NCBI GenBank assembly: GCA_964016885.1
Contig: OZ024758.1
Span: 18,724,001 to 18,788,000 of the forward strand
DNA: 64,000 nt
From: Eledone cirrhosa
Taxonomy: Eukaryota
Direction: 5' to 3'
Part shown: positions 1-13,867 of the stretch, piece after piece
Numbering within the stretch: the first letter of the stretch is position 1
Layout of the letters: every line of letters begins with the position of its first letter
Notes under the pieces: model-generated
What the model was told of the DNA's origin: nothing
The model's input: only the letters and a program-made list of their open reading frames with translations
Database searches by the model: none
Translations under genes and position numbers: made by a program

Positions 1-1597
1 ATGTGTCGTATGAATTATTTTTCCTAACAAATGTCCCTTTAAACGGAATTTCTAAGTTAATCTGAAACTTTATACATAAAGGCCTATAGCCGCGAAATAT
101 GTATAGCTCCTTTTAAAGATAATGAAATACCTATATTTCTATATGTACGATGTAGTTTATGTGTTAGTAGTGCGATACTGAATGAAATGTAATGGCTTAT
201 GATTGCTAGTATGCTCTCAGATTCCTCCATATTTATATTTAATCAAATATACACTGTAGTAATTATGTAAGGTATAAACGCTGGTATACATATCATAATA
301 GAACAATCTGATACCTTATGTATAGTTCCACTCCTTATTCAACATACAGGTTTGCAAATGTAGTTCTCAGGTTCATTCATATTCACCTGCATTTAAATGG
401 ATGCTTTAGGCTCTTCATGAAGTATAAATATTTATATACATATCATAATTGTAAAATCTGATACGCAATGGATATTGAAAACTCCTTGCAAAAACTTCTT
501 GGCGAAGGAATAGTTTGGTAAAGCCAATGCTGCATAGTCGATGGCGACTTTCTAAACGACAGATTAATTGAAATCGTCCCTAGCAACATCCTTTACTCAA
601 CACAATTTTCTATGACTTTGGCAAAACTTACGATCAGTGCCATGCTTCTTGAAAACTGACAATAATTTTATTGAAACCACGAGAGAAACAAATAGCTTGC
701 AGGGAAATATTCTGCAACCCACTCTACAAAATAAATATTTTAATTTTTATTTTGCTCCTACGTTCTTTACGAAATACTACATTATAATACAGATACATCA
801 TAAACATCGCTTTAATTTCCCACCCGGAATTCTAATGATAGCAGTGTTTCAAGTCTCAGAAACTGAACGAAAGAAAAACATGAAAACGTCTTAAATGTTT
901 CTTAGACTAGATAAGCTGATATTGCAACCAGGAGTAGAGTTAGAATGATAGAGAGAGGTTTCTAGACGTGGTTCTGAATAATTGTGAATATTTTTCAGGG
1001 CTTTTAATCTATAAACCCTTTTCATCTTTTTCAGTGTTCAGTCATTTAATAACATTTAATATTATGCTCGATTATCTTTTGTACAACTTAAGCCCTCCAT
1101 GAAATAATTAGCTTCGTTCTGAAAAATAAAGTTCACCTTCCTCATACTATAAATAATCTTATGAACTCTTCAATCAACATTCGTACACTGTAATTTAACC
1201 ACAATATTATAACTTCGCCAACTCATTTCCATGTTTCCTTCTCCACACACTCAATTTACTAGTTAGATGAAATGGTTAACAAATTAATCCTGAAGTTAGC
1301 TCCCTTACACCAATTATGGATATATGTTAGCTCACACCATACTGTTAGACATTTTAAATATGTGTCTGGAAAATATCTAGTAAGATACATTAATATTATC
1401 ACAATGAATCCTAAGATTTCACAATGAGTTTTCGGTCAATGCTATCATATTACATCCGACTGACTCAATCGATCGTATGTATATAGTATGGTCAAAACAT
1501 GTATGTATATAGACATGGTCAAAAATAGCACGGCGATACACATCAACGAAGTACTGTGCGCTGTATAGGAAATCCAGTAATCTTACATTTGAGACAA

Positions 1598-1646
<49 letters not shown>

Positions 1647-2524
1647 ATAATATATAGATAATGTAAAAACATAGGGTAATTATGAGAGTTAGTCTAACTT
1701 CCCTATCCTGTTGGCCCAATGTCTATTTTCATCGTATATCATGTATACATCACTTTACAGAGCTGCAATTACTTGGTTTTATAGGGGTTATGTCCCATGA
1801 TATTATTTGCAAACATGAAACATAGAATAGATATTACGTTTATCCAATGCATTCGTTAATTCCCAACGAAAAGCAACATTTAGCATATGTCGTCTATATA
1901 TTCCTAATTTTCAAATTCTTCTTTTTAATGAAGCTATCTAACTTTATTGGGGGTAGGAAGTCTTTCTTGGGCTTGTGGAACTATTTAACTAATTGCATAA
2001 TAACTCTGCTTTAGTCAGCTCCAGCATGGCGTCTTCATAGTCAGCCTATGGACCTTTCAGGCGGATTTGGTACATTATCAGGGTAATGGATATACAGAAT
2101 GATTGTAGAACATAGCTTTTTTAATTCCGGCTCTATATGTTCCTGTTTCAAGTCAACCTGACGTTACCTTCAGTTATCATCCTTCTGGGGATGACATTCC
2201 GAAAACTCCGTGTAATTTTAACGATCATTTATATTCATTTATATAATTCTTATATATAATTTTTATATACTTTATTTCAGATCCGACGGCATTTGGAAAT
2301 ATCCCATTTTTCACGGTTTAACCAGTCAAAGTAATTAGTCCAGCCATTAGGATTAACAGTTTACAAATATTTGTTGAACCCATTGGCGTTATCTTATTCT
2401 GTAAGTATTCCGAAAGTTTCTAATTGCATTAGTTATGAATTTGGAAAAGAAACTGTATGTTCTATTGAACATGTGTGTGAATTATATAACTATGTAGGTA
2501 TGCAGTGTCTGTTTGTATAGATGG

Positions 2525-2770
2525 CAGTGATTTCTAAGTGTCCGCTGAGTCCAGAGTTTCCCCAACTTTTTTCAGCTGTGGAACAATTTTTGGTTCTGTA
2601 ACCTTTGGAGTGTACCCAAACCTCTAAAACTGTAATATGGCCGTAATATAAATATACTCCTCTACCTTTTGTTCACGGAATCCAAGAAACTCGTTTGTGG
2701 AACCCTTGTTACCCATTGGCTTAGGGTGGCAACCAAATGAAACGACCAAGCAGTAATTTTGAAATCACTG
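2525..2770. mobile_element. Possible hAT-type MITE remnant
   Basis: 10-bp terminal inverted repeat CAGTGATTTC (2525-2534) / GAAATCACTG (2761-2770); internal CAGAGTTTCCCAAC and GTGGAACCC motifs resemble hAT MITEs; no TSD seen. Confidence 0.35.
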
Positions 2771-2996
2771 ACATTTTTGTATCGAGCGAATACAATTGTT
2801 AAAATGTACTGGCCAGTATTGAGTACTCATTCAGTTAAAGCTTGAATGTTATATATATATTTGGTTATTTATAATATGTATTCTTAACTACAGGAAATTA
2901 TTTTCCTCAGTGATTAACGTATGTGCGTAATATAGCCTGTTGTGTTTGAATTTTAATAATACGATCTTAATTGCTTATAGAGTGAGATTCGTGTTG

Positions 2997-3043
<47 letters not shown>

Positions 3044-3579
3044 GGAAGAGAGTGTGAAGGGTTATAATAAAAGTTCATTCGTAATATCTATATCGAAATA
3101 TCTGGTATTGAAACCACGACAGATTACTGGATTTTTTTATATTCCTACAATGTAGTCTACCTCTTCCAACTTTCTAATTCTCTTAGTGGAGTTTTCCCTC
3201 ATTATCTCGCCTTGCTTCCTATTCTTTACTTTTATCCCATCTCTCATCTCATTGTGTTGTCTTAAATCCGATGATAGATGTACGTCCGAAATGTCGAAGT
3301 CGCTCATAGAATTCCCTTTCGTTTCACCTAAGATTTAACCAATAACATCCACCGCAATATATTGTCCATGATAGTTTTTAATGTTTTACCTGTAGTTAAC
3401 CTTGATTTCAATACACACACATACATTCAGTAACTAACATAAAAACATATACGAGTATATATATATATATATATTTATGAACGATCGACTTTTCATCAAA
3501 TCATCGGACCGAGGAAACAATGTTTTCGTTGGTCTTTCGAATTACTAATACTATCTATCGGTCGCAACTCGAGGTAGAA

Positions 3580-3698
3580 GGAGCAACGTGAAATAAAGTG
3601 TCATGCTCAAGGACATAATGCATCGCCTGGTCCAGGAATCGAACTCACAATCTCACGATTGCGAATCCAATTCTCTAACCACTCAGCCACACGCCTTC
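3580..3698 (-). mobile_element. tRNA-derived CORE-type SINE (family 2), 5' part
   Basis: Minus strand reads GGCGTGTGGCTGAGTGGTTAG (A box), GAGTTCGATTCC (B box), GTCCTTGAGCATGACACTT (CORE-like); homologous to 4650-4788. Confidence 0.75.
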
Positions 3699-3710
3699 AT
3701 GTATATATAT

Positions 3711-3713
<3 letters not shown>

Positions 3714-3781
<68 letters not shown>
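3714..3781. repeat. (GT)n microsatellite
   Basis: Pure GT run. Confidence 0.95.
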
Positions 3782-3784
<3 letters not shown>

Positions 3785-4649
3785 AAAAATTAACTTCAAT
3801 TATTTTCTGATTTTATACACGTTTCAATCTCCTATGACTTTTATGTAAATTTTGAATTTTGAAGATAGGAAAATGAGATAACTTGATAATGTATGGTTCA
3901 AAACAAAATATGTCGGCCTTTACTGGCAATGTGTATTCATAACCGCAGAAACAAAATGTAAAAACAAATTAGAGGATAGTAGAAGAACAAATAATTATAT
4001 TCTTCCCAATTTTATTAGTATTCATTATTCGTCTATTCGTTTTCGGTTTAAGCCCCGGAGGAGATATTCGTCTATCTTTTACATAAGATGCTAATGTTGT
4101 ATTATGATTGCAAACATCTCACGAGATAAGAAAGGGTTATGATGTGCTGAATAAACCCGTCTAATATACAATGTTTGGTGATATAAGTTCTTACTGACAC
4201 GCTTAAGTTGTTTCTTATATTTTCCTAATACGAAGATAATCTTGTTAATCAAACTGCTGTGAATTTATTTAACAATGTTCTGAGATTGAAGAACCTATCT
4301 TGTAATTGTGAATGTTAGCACAAGGAGTAAATTATGTTGTACCTTGTTTTGTTTTCTCTTTTTTTTTTTTTTTTTGTTTACAAAACTGAGAATACGATTT
4401 CGAAGCTTCATTGATAATTGAAACGATACTAGAGTATGGCATTTTTTTTAATAAGTTTCTTGGTGGCAGGTAAATATATTTATTGGTACCAATACAAACG
4501 TGATATCTTTAACTTCTAAGTACTGTGCATTTATTTGTTGTTACATGTTGTTACAGCTCACACCTATGCAGGTTTAGCTGACCTCTAAGGTATATTTCGT
4601 TGGGGATGTCTTGGGTAATTTAATGATAAGGATCGAGTCCTATCATCTC

Positions 4650-4788
4650 TTTTCTACAGCTGAGTAAACTGGAGCAACGTGATATAAAGTGTCTTGCTCA
4701 AGTAAACAACACATCACCCGGTCCGAGAATTGAACTCACAACCTTTCGATTGCAAGCCCAATGCTCTAACCACTAAGCCATGCGCCTT
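4650..4788 (-). mobile_element. tRNA-derived CORE-type SINE (family 2)
   Basis: Minus strand GGCGCATGGCTTAGTGGTTAG, GAGTTCAATTC, CTTGAGCAAGACACTTT; matches the 3580-3698 copy. Confidence 0.75.
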
Positions 4789-5039
4789 CTTATTTAACGA
4801 TATTCAAATTGAATTAGTTCTAAGCAGCAGAGGAAATAAAACATTGAGATAGGTATGTTCACATTGGAAATAAAGTTCAATGCGTAGCAAAATAGCAGAG
4901 TTGTTAGAAGATCGAATAGATTGCATTAAGCTATTTGTTCTGGATATTTTGACGGGGGTCAATATTGCCGTTTCTCCTTGCAAGATCAAATGAATATAGA
5001 AACTGTTCAATAATGATGTCAATTTCCTCGTTATGTCAA

Positions 5040-5550
5040 TTCCCACTCTCTCGTCCCACTCTCTCATCCCACTCTATCATCCCACTCTCTCATCCCACTC
5101 TCTCATCCCACTGTATAATCCCACTCTCTCATCCCACTCTCTCATCCACAGTCACATCCCTCAGTCACACCCCACTCTCTCATCCCACAGTCACATCCCA
5201 CAGTCACATCCCACAGTCACATCCCACTCTATCATCCCACTATCCCATCCCACTCTCTCATCCCACTCTCTCATCCCCCTCTCTCATCCCACTCTCTCAT
5301 CCCACAGTCACAGCCCACTCTCTCATCCCACAGTCACATCCCACTCTCTCATCCCACAGTCACATCCCACTCTCTCATCCCACAGTCACATCCTACAGTC
5401 ACATCCCACTCTCTCATCCCACCGTCACATCCCACAGTCACATCCCACAGTCACATCCCACACTCCCATCCCACTCTCTCATCCCACTCTCTCATCCCAC
5501 TCTCTCATCCCACAGTCACATCTCACTCTCTCATCCCACTCTCTCATCCT
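5040..5550. repeat. 13-bp minisatellite with two interleaved variants (CATCCCACTCTCT / CATCCCACAGTCA)
   Basis: Tandem units visible directly; explains the SHPTLS-type ORFs. Confidence 0.95.
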
Positions 5551-5802
5551 CTATCTACTTCTTTCTCACTCACTCCATCTCTCTTTATCTACTTCTCTCT
5601 ATCTATCTCCATCTCTCTTTATCTCCTTATCTCTCACTCACTCCATCTCTCTTTATCTACTTCTCTCTATCTATCTCCATCTCTCTTTATCTCCTTATCT
5701 CTCACTCACCCCATCTCTCTTTATCTACTTCTTTCTCTCTATCTATCTCCATCTCTCTTTATATCCTTCTTTCTCTGTATCTATCTCCAAATTTCTCTAT
5801 CT
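5551..5802. repeat. Pyrimidine-rich tandem repeat (~70-bp unit)
   Basis: CCATCTCTCTTTATCTACTTCTCTCTATCTATCT... repeated about 3 times. Confidence 0.8.
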
Positions 5803-5936
5803 GAAGAAGAAGAAGCAAACGTGGAGAGGAAGGAACCGTGACAGATGGCTTCTGTCAAATTTATCTCTCATGGATAGGCGAAGAACATATTTAAGAAAAG
5901 GCCACCAATGTGGGAGTGACATTATATACGATCTGA

Positions 5937-6407
5937 GGGCGATGGATTGGCAGTATCGGTAGAGGTTCGGACGCATAGATTTACGGCCCTTACCATTGTG
6001 AGTTCAAATCCCGCGCGAGGTTAACTATGCCTTTCATCCTTACAGGGTCGATAAAATAATTAGCAGTAATGCCCTGTGTAATTGCTGGCCTTATGCCGAA
6101 ATTAGAAACAATTATATACGTTCTGAGCCATAACGTCCTTTACGGTCCGAGTTCAAATCCCGGTTAACTTTGCCTTTCATCCTCACAGGATTCATAAAAT
6201 AATGTACCAGCAATGCACTGGGGTAATTGCTGGTCCTGTGCCAAACATTAGAAACTAATATATATGTTCTGATTTCAAATCCCGCTGAGGTTAGCTTTGC
6301 CTTTCATCCTTACAGATTCGATAAAATACAGAAGCAGTTAGTCGATTAAATAGACTATCTCCACCCCTTCAAATTGCTGGTCTTGTGCCTGAACTAGAAA
6401 CAATTAT
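5937..6407 (+). mobile_element. Three head-to-tail family-1 SINE copies (5937-6115 full length; 6130-6260 and 6266-6407 5'-truncated)
   Basis: A box TGGCAGTATCGG, B box GAGTTCAAATCC, Meta/MESC-like core CTTTGCCTTTCATCCTTACAGGGTCGATAAAATA, tail AGAAACAATTAT. Confidence 0.9.
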
Positions 6408-6881
6408 ATATCAAAACCTATGTTTATAGGCCTCATGTGTAAGTATGTATAAGTCAAAGTATAGCCAATATATCGTTCCTAGAGTAATATCTCCTTACAT
6501 TGTAACTGATGATACGGATAAGTGGGGTTACAAGCAACGAAACATTGTTGGTATCATTGAAGACCCAAGTTTTATTTATGAATAAAAGGAGTACATTTAT
6601 TTTACAAAAACCGTTGGGAAGGCTACAGACACGCGACGAAGTATTTATCTTGCAATGTAGTATTTCGCTTTTTATATTAAAAGGGATATTAAATGACAAC
6701 GTTTTATATATATATATATATATAAGCAAGAAAGTAGGTGTTGGTAAAATCCAGTATGCGGATAGGGAGCACTCAACGAAGATATAAGTTCCGGAGTTAT
6801 AATAGTGACGAAACATAAGTCCCAAGGCTCTGATACCATCAACACTATAAACACAGAGCTGTCATATCTAAGAACTGACTA

Positions 6882-6937
6882 ACTGCCTGTTGAGGTCATA
6901 GCCATTCAATGGCTATCATCGAAACATATATAGCAGT
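6882..6937 (+). ncRNA. Minimal type-I hammerhead motif, degenerate (core CUGUUGA)
   Basis: ACTGC-CTGTTGA-[ATAGCCATT/AATGGCTAT hairpin]-GAAA-CATATA-TA-GCAGT, then AATAAA; helix I ACTGC/GCAGT. Confidence 0.7.
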
Positions 6938-6978
6938 AAATAAAGGATTATGAGTTCATGCAATTGACTTATGTTTCG

Positions 6979-7023
<45 letters not shown>

Positions 7024-7025
<2 letters not shown>

Positions 7026-7512
7026 AGGGGGTGTAACACCACAACCACACCCCCACACACGCCAACCCGTCTACCGATAATCCACTAACCTCACACCACA
7101 GCCCATCCCAGTAAGCGACTATAACCACCATCATATCATCACATCCACCCCCACTTACTCTACATGCCAAGGCCAAGCCACCACCACCACACCATAGCCC
7201 ATCTCATCCACCGACCGTCACCAACATCTCACCATCACATCCACCCCCATATACACTAAAGGCCAGTACATCCCCTTGATCCTTCCCACCAATCAAAACA
7301 ACTCATTTTGTCAAACTCTTGAAACTCTGACTTTACCACATAGCATGTATTTCATTTTCTCATAGCATTTTAAGAGGGTCCGTCGAGCTGCCGATTATTG
7401 AGTCGGGTAGGATCGATACAGGTCGAACCTTGAGCTGATCAGTGGCGAAACGCGCATCACCTATCAATAAATGCAATGAAGTAATAATCAATCGTCCTTG
7501 TTATCCTTTCAA
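7024..7512 (+). mobile_element. Probable Penelope-like 3' UTR/pLTR remnant between (TA)n tracts
   Basis: C/A-rich tract followed by GAAACGCGCATC and AATAAA; 5' ribozyme core not recognisable. Confidence 0.4.
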
Positions 7513-7563
7513 TATATATACATATATATTTATTTAGGTTTGTTGGTTCACCACTGGATAGAT

Positions 7564-7630
7564 TTGGTCATTCCGTATGGTCATTCCATATGCTCATTCC
7601 GTATGGTCATTCCGTATGGTCATTCCGTAT
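7564..7630. repeat. 13-bp tandem repeat TGGTCATTCCGTA x5
   Basis: Tandem units visible directly. Confidence 0.9.
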
Positions 7631-7749
7631 CGCCACTTTGAGGGCGACTGGCCGAGGTGAAGACAGCTAGTTGGTCAGTCGTCCTCTCTGTCTCTGATTT
7701 TTCGGACCCATGGTTTTTTACATATACATATTCCTTTGTTATATTTCAC

Positions 7750-7806
7750 ATACCTGATGATATACCGGATTCATATGTAAGCCGGTCATTGAAATGATCA
7801 TAGTAT
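7750..7806 (+). ncRNA. Minimal type-I hammerhead ribozyme motif
   Basis: ATAC-CTGATGA(7754)-[ACCGG/CCGGT hairpin]-GAAA(7791)-TGATCA-TA-GTAT, then AATAAA; palindromic helix III. Confidence 0.8.
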
Positions 7807-7863
7807 AATAAACCTTTCAAGGGTTTACACCAGTCCAGCCTCCAGTTATTTATATATATACAA

Positions 7864-7926
<63 letters not shown>

Positions 7927-8149
7927 TGTATGTATTTCTAGGATTTCAGACGTCGGGAAGAGTAATATATTGGATTATATCCGTTAAGCAATGTTATTTA
8001 GCACCTCATTATACTAATGTGACTACCGTGGATAATGAGATCTTTCTCATATCAGAAACCAAATTCCAGAGAATATTCAGTGATTACAATTATTTTTCTT
8101 ATAAACTAGCTTGATATTACCATACGTGCCTGGAGAAATCTAATTACAC

Positions 8150-8460
8150 ACACTCACTTACATATATACACTTATATATATTACATACATATATACTCTT
8201 ACATATATTCACTTACATACATATATACACTTACATGCATACATATATAAACTTACATGTATACACTTTCATATATACACTTTGATATATGTACTTATAT
8301 ACATACAGTCACATATATACACTCAGGTATATACACTCACATACATATACACTCACGTATATACACTCACATATATATACACACATATATATACACTCAC
8401 ATATATGCACTCTCACATATGCAGACATTCACCCAGAAATATATACATAAATATGTATAT
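8150..8460. repeat. Degenerate ~14-bp minisatellite (CACTTACATATATA)
   Basis: Tandem imperfect units. Confidence 0.8.
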
Positions 8461-8489
8461 GCGTGTGTGTGTGTGTTTTTGTAAATATT

Positions 8490-8695
8490 GGTTTCTTATA
8501 TAGGCACAAGGCCAGTGATTTTGGGGGAGGGTAAAGTCGATTAAATCGACCTCAGTGCGTGACTTGTACTTTATTTTATCGACCCCGTGAGGATGAAAGG
8601 CAAAGTTAACCTCGGCGGGATTTGAACTCAGATCATAAATGGCCGTAACTCTTTGCTGCAAAGCATGGCGTCCGACTCTCTACCGATACTGCCAA
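8490..8695 (-). mobile_element. Family-1 SINE with 12-bp TSD
   Basis: Reverse complement of family 1; TTTGTAAATATT at 8478-8489 and 8696-8707. Confidence 0.9.
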
Positions 8696-8834
8696 TTTGT
8701 AAATATTAATAGAAAATCTGATTGTATATTGTGTACCTATAAGTACAACATTACTGCTCTAGTGATGCTTACAATATGACTACAACGACACAAACACGCA
8801 CGTACACGCACGTACGCATACACGCATGGATACC

Positions 8835-9240
8835 CTGGAACAATTCTGCGCTTGAAACATGTGTCTATCTGTCATAGAACGCTCACTGGTTGGACCTCCG
8901 TAAATTCTCACAACGGAGTAATATCTGCTGGTCAAGAAATGTCGCCTTCGGTTAACTCAGACGGAGTTATGCCTTCATCACCAAACCAACTTATAAGTAG
9001 TTTACCATGTGCAACGTATCCGAACTCCCACCGGCATCACCCACATCTATGTCACGCTACCCATCTCGCTGTATAGTGAGAAAATGGCGTCCTATGTGCC
9101 GGCCGGCCCACAGCTCTGGTGGACAGAATAGAGAAGGCGTTTCCCCGCAGGATGGTAATGGAGAAGCTCACACCTGCGGCTGGCCAGCTCAGCAACTATG
9201 GTGATGAGTGGTGAGGTAGCCTTAGGGCCAAGTATACCAG
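8835..9240 (+). mobile_element. Decayed RTE-like LINE 3' end
   Basis: GC-richer island; frameshifted peptide KWRPMCRP resembles the RTE C-terminal W-x-RP-x-GRP motif. Confidence 0.45.
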
Positions 9241-9820
9241 AAGTCTCCCCTGCAAAGGGCACGACTGCAAACCTGTTGTAGAGCGACCGTTACTAGCCAC
9301 ATCTACAAAATAGAAGCTTACGACAGCCTTGCAACCCTCCCCTCTTTTCTGTCTAATCTGTACATCTGATCACACAGCTCACAAACAAATAGCTATGCGA
9401 TTCACCAACACGTTATATATGTATTTTAGACAGGATCTCTTAGTTTCTTGGTAAAATTTCAGTCAGTTATGAGAAACAAGATACATACAGGCTTCATAAT
9501 ATGAGCGATAGAGAAATATACATTCCTTCGAGAACCTTTTTACAAATCGTAAATGTAGCGAGTGATAAAATGAACGGTAGAAGTTTTAGCTTTAAATAGG
9601 CACACATACACAAATGCAAACAGGCACACATATACACAGTCAAAACCAGATACACACACACACACATACACACACACATACACACACACACATATATGCA
9701 ATGTAATGAAACTTGCTAATTCTTTTATTTGTATATATATATATTTACTATAGAAATATTTCATTCGAAAGAAATCACACACACATACGCACACGTACAC
9801 ACACACACACACATACACGC

Positions 9821-9869
<49 letters not shown>

Positions 9870-10173
9870 ATATATGTATATATATATATATATATGTATA
9901 TATTATATATATATCGATTCAAGCTTACGTGTACTCATATATTCTTACACGTGATTTTACGCAATCTTGCACCACCCTCATACATCAGAGTACATATCTG
10001 TAAACATACATACTCAGGGAAACATATAACTTTATTTTCCCGTCTCCCAATCAAACAAATATATAAACCCCATACGGTTACCATTTCCTCTATCAAATTT
10101 TAGCAAATGTTCATCCTTCTTTCCTTTCCCATATATTTGTAACTACACATTTCTCTATACTTGCAGCTGCTAT

Positions 10174-10199
10174 TCTCTCTCGCTCTCTCTCTCTCTCTC

Positions 10200-10278
<79 letters not shown>
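10174..10278. repeat. (CT)n microsatellite
   Basis: Nearly pure CT run. Confidence 0.95.
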
Positions 10279-10279
<1 letters not shown>

Positions 10280-10819
10280 AATTATTAAGAAGATTTGTTT
10301 CTATACACATCTGTATGTTTAACTCCATAAGCACGTTCCTCTCTCTATGATTTAAACAACCGTTGATGAGGGGCCAACGGAAGAAATGTATTTAAAGATG
10401 AATAAGAAAGTCGCTTATACAAATATCGAGTACAACAAAATACAACTGAAATAGCCCTTCACAAATACATTCTGAATTGCAAATGACTTTACAACCAAAC
10501 GTATTTACATCTCGCTCATCCTTCTTAAGCCCATATTTCATTCCTGAGGGTGGTACTAGTTGTTATTTGAGGGGAATTTTATTTGATATTTGTTCGTCGT
10601 TTCTCAACTGTGATCACCTGTATAATTTTACGAATAATTATCGTACTACAATAGTGTTTCCTAAGGTGATATACGTTCATATTATGTTAGCTTCTTGTCT
10701 CCTTTCTCTAAACCGAAACAATACAGTACGAAGCACCCTAACTCACAAACCCACAGACAACTTTGTGCACAGACTCACACAACTGGTGAGAGAGACAGTG
10801 AGTGAGAGAGAGAGAGAGA

Positions 10820-10871
<52 letters not shown>

Positions 10872-11875
10872 CCACGGCTGAGCTCTATATAATAGAACTG
10901 TTCTATACGATCCCTTGTATCGATTACCCTGATGAGTAATTGTCTAACCAGTTTCAATCTGAATCCACCCTGATTATATATATATGAACAAACGAATGCA
11001 CGCACACATATACGCTCACCTACGCACCCACATACGCACACACATACGCTCACACATACGCACACATTCATACACATACACACACATACACATACACACT
11101 CACGCACACACATACGCATATATATATATATATATGCTCACACACATATACTTACATATGTCTATGTGTATGTAGCCAGGTTAGGATTTTTATTAATTGA
11201 TATTAGAAAAACATACACTTCATTGTTAATTAAATTTTTACTCTGTGAAAACGTAAAATTGTCTGATAAAGAAATGAATTGCAAATTTCTTTAACCAGAA
11301 TATTAAACATAGATATTACAAATTGATAGGACAATGAACATTTGTTTGAAAGACTATTGACTATAGATAGCAACATATAAAATCTCATTGAAACCGTTAG
11401 GTTTAAAGCTTCTTATTTATATGCAAATAAAGTAATCAGTTGCAATTAAATAAATTTGCATGATTAATTTATTTTTCAATTTGACTCTTTCCTGAAATAT
11501 AGAATTATATTCAAGATATATACTGATGCTATCATTTCGTAATTTTTGAAAACTGTTTGTTCGAACGTTTGTTCAACGAAATCTCTGCATATATTTATAA
11601 CGAAGGGAAGAAATGAGCAGTTTTAGTTTCGGAAAATCGTATTTGAAGATGGTTAACAGTTTAATCGTTGTTAATCTCTAATTTATTTATCCATAATTTT
11701 TCATCAAATCTCCGCGTGTTATTTTTAATACAATACGAATATTAACTGGATATGTTTTTTATCAAGTTCAGGGTTAACATAATCCACACGCCAAACCTAA
11801 TCACGCTAATACACGCGCAGACCAACCACAGTCACAGAAACATACACACTCTCACTCAAACACACACATACAATC

Positions 11876-11912
<37 letters not shown>

Positions 11913-11995
11913 ATAATAATAAATGCGAAGACTAATATCCAGAGATGGCACGATAAGGATAATTATATATTAAATATATAAGAAACATAGAGCAA

Positions 11996-12174
11996 ATATT
12001 TATTAAAATAACAGATTAAAGTTTAAACAAAGAATCGCTGTTTTTACCCTTAACGGGATCTTCTTATTTGTATACAAAGAAAGTAATCAGATGAAATTAG
12101 TTTCAGAAGAAACCGTTAAGGCTTAAAGCAACGATTCTTTGCTCAAAATGTTATGTGTTATTTTAATAAATATA
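11996..12174. repeat. Imperfect fold-back element flanked by (TA)n
   Basis: ATATTTATTAAAATAACA/TGTTATTTTAATAAATAT and AAAGAATCG...TTAACGG / CCGTTAA...CGATTCTTT inverted arms; GAAACCGTTA just right of centre. Confidence 0.75.
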
Positions 12175-12181
12175 TAAATAT

Positions 12182-12234
<53 letters not shown>

Positions 12235-12450
12235 GGAAGTTTAGTAAAATCAAAGTTTTGGCGGTGGCCATGCTAACGAGATACAATTAGGTTTGGGCAG
12301 CAAAGTACTCAATAGGGTGTATCACCCTAGAATAATTAACATATGTTAGATACCGTGACAACTTGAAAATTGCGGCAGACGGGCCTAGCCACATAATACT
12401 CCAAAACAACGAAAATACATTCAGGTTAGATAACGCAACACACACATGTA

Positions 12451-12543
<93 letters not shown>

Positions 12544-13010
12544 GTATATAATCGTTTATACTTGTGTATGCATATAGATGTACGCATGTATGAACATTTA
12601 GATATCAATGATGTGTGGTCTTCTTTATTATCTTTATTTCCATCTTTTTGTCTTCCTTTGTATTATAATTAATAAATTAAATGTCATTTTATTGAATTAT
12701 TTCAACAAACAAAAATATGAAACATTTATATAAAGGACAATACATCAGATGCCACATTCGTTGTGGATTGGAGAATATACAGCGTTTACTATGCATACAT
12801 GTATATAAAAATAGTAAGTTAGCCAACATTTCTTTCCTTAAAATATTCAATCTCAAAGAATCAAGATAAGGGACTGCATATTCTTTAAACAATATTATTA
12901 AATTACTATATATATTGCTACGATGTCTATACGCCATTACATTTTGGCATTGACTTTTACGACCGAACGATTAATTTTAATTTACTTAGTTGGGCAGATT
13001 TTAAGATAAT

Positions 13011-13197
13011 TATTTCTACTTTTGGCACAAGGCCAGCAATTATCCAGTGCATTACTGGTACCTTATTTTATCGACCCCGTAAGGATGAAAGGCAAAGTTA
13101 ACCTCGGCGGGATTTGAACTCAGATCATAAAGGGAGGTAACTCTATGCTTCAAAGCATGGCCTCCGACCCTCTACCGATACTTTAATCCACCACCCT
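13011..13197 (-). mobile_element. Family-1 SINE with 18-bp TSD
   Basis: Full-length reverse copy; GGCAGATTTTAAGATAAT at 12993-13010 and 13204-13221. Confidence 0.92.
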
Positions 13198-13467
13198 AAA
13201 CACGGCAGATTTTAAGATAATGCACACCTAGAGTGTTTCTTTGCCATCTTCTCAGCATGATATTCTGAGGCCCGATTTTATGTATTTCATGTCCTGATGC
13301 TACTTAGATTATACTGCATGAAATATTGTATTTAAACATTAGATTATTAGTTAACATATGTTCATTGCTGCAGAAGGAAGCTTCCTATTCTCTTCCTGGT
13401 AAATCTATATTTAGTTATTCATTTTCATTCGTTCTAATTCCCTTAGCTTCCGCGTCCATTAGCAAAT

Positions 13468-13543
13468 ATAATTGTTTCTACATTTGGTATAAGGCCAGCA
13501 ATTACGCAGTGCATTACTGGTACTTTATTTTATCGACCCCGTA
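13468..13543 (-). mobile_element. Family-1 SINE 3' fragment
   Basis: AAGGCCAGCAATTAC...TACTTTATTTTATCGACCCCGTA. Confidence 0.85.
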
Positions 13544-13867
13544 TAATAGTTGTAGATTATTATTTTATTGTCATAACGACAAATTCATAGCAATTGTGTG
13601 AGGTGTTAGTGTCGTATGTATGTTGAATTCAGGTCCACATCGGGTTCGGTAGTCCCGACACTTTTAATTATTTATATTTTCCTTTAGATTACGAAGAACT
13701 TTATTTCATATTTAATTTACTTTCGTTTTCCTCTTCCGCGTTATTTCTCCTTTCTTTTTCTCTTTCTTAACTTTTTCTTGTTTTACTCTTTTTCTTTGTT
13801 TTCTTTCTTCTTTTCGTTTTTCTTGTTCTTCGTATTCTTCTTGTTCTTCTTCTTATTGTTATTATTA

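Noticed and set aside
2281-2400. Plus-strand exon candidate (TTTCAG acceptor, GTAAGT donor)
   Set aside because: All three frames contain stops; cannot be supported without transcripts
3261-3310. CCGATGA...GAAA hammerhead-like motif; similar cases at 31115, 38700, 39017, 53030 and 60358
   Set aside because: Core fragments are present but helix I or III pairing cannot be traced; possibly decayed copies, not counted
4965-5962. 279-aa and 309-aa SHPT-rich ORFs
   Set aside because: Produced by a 13-bp minisatellite; the unit is not a multiple of three and several frames are open
5937-6115. tRNA gene suggested by A and B boxes
   Set aside because: No cloverleaf; it is the tRNA-derived head of a multi-copy SINE
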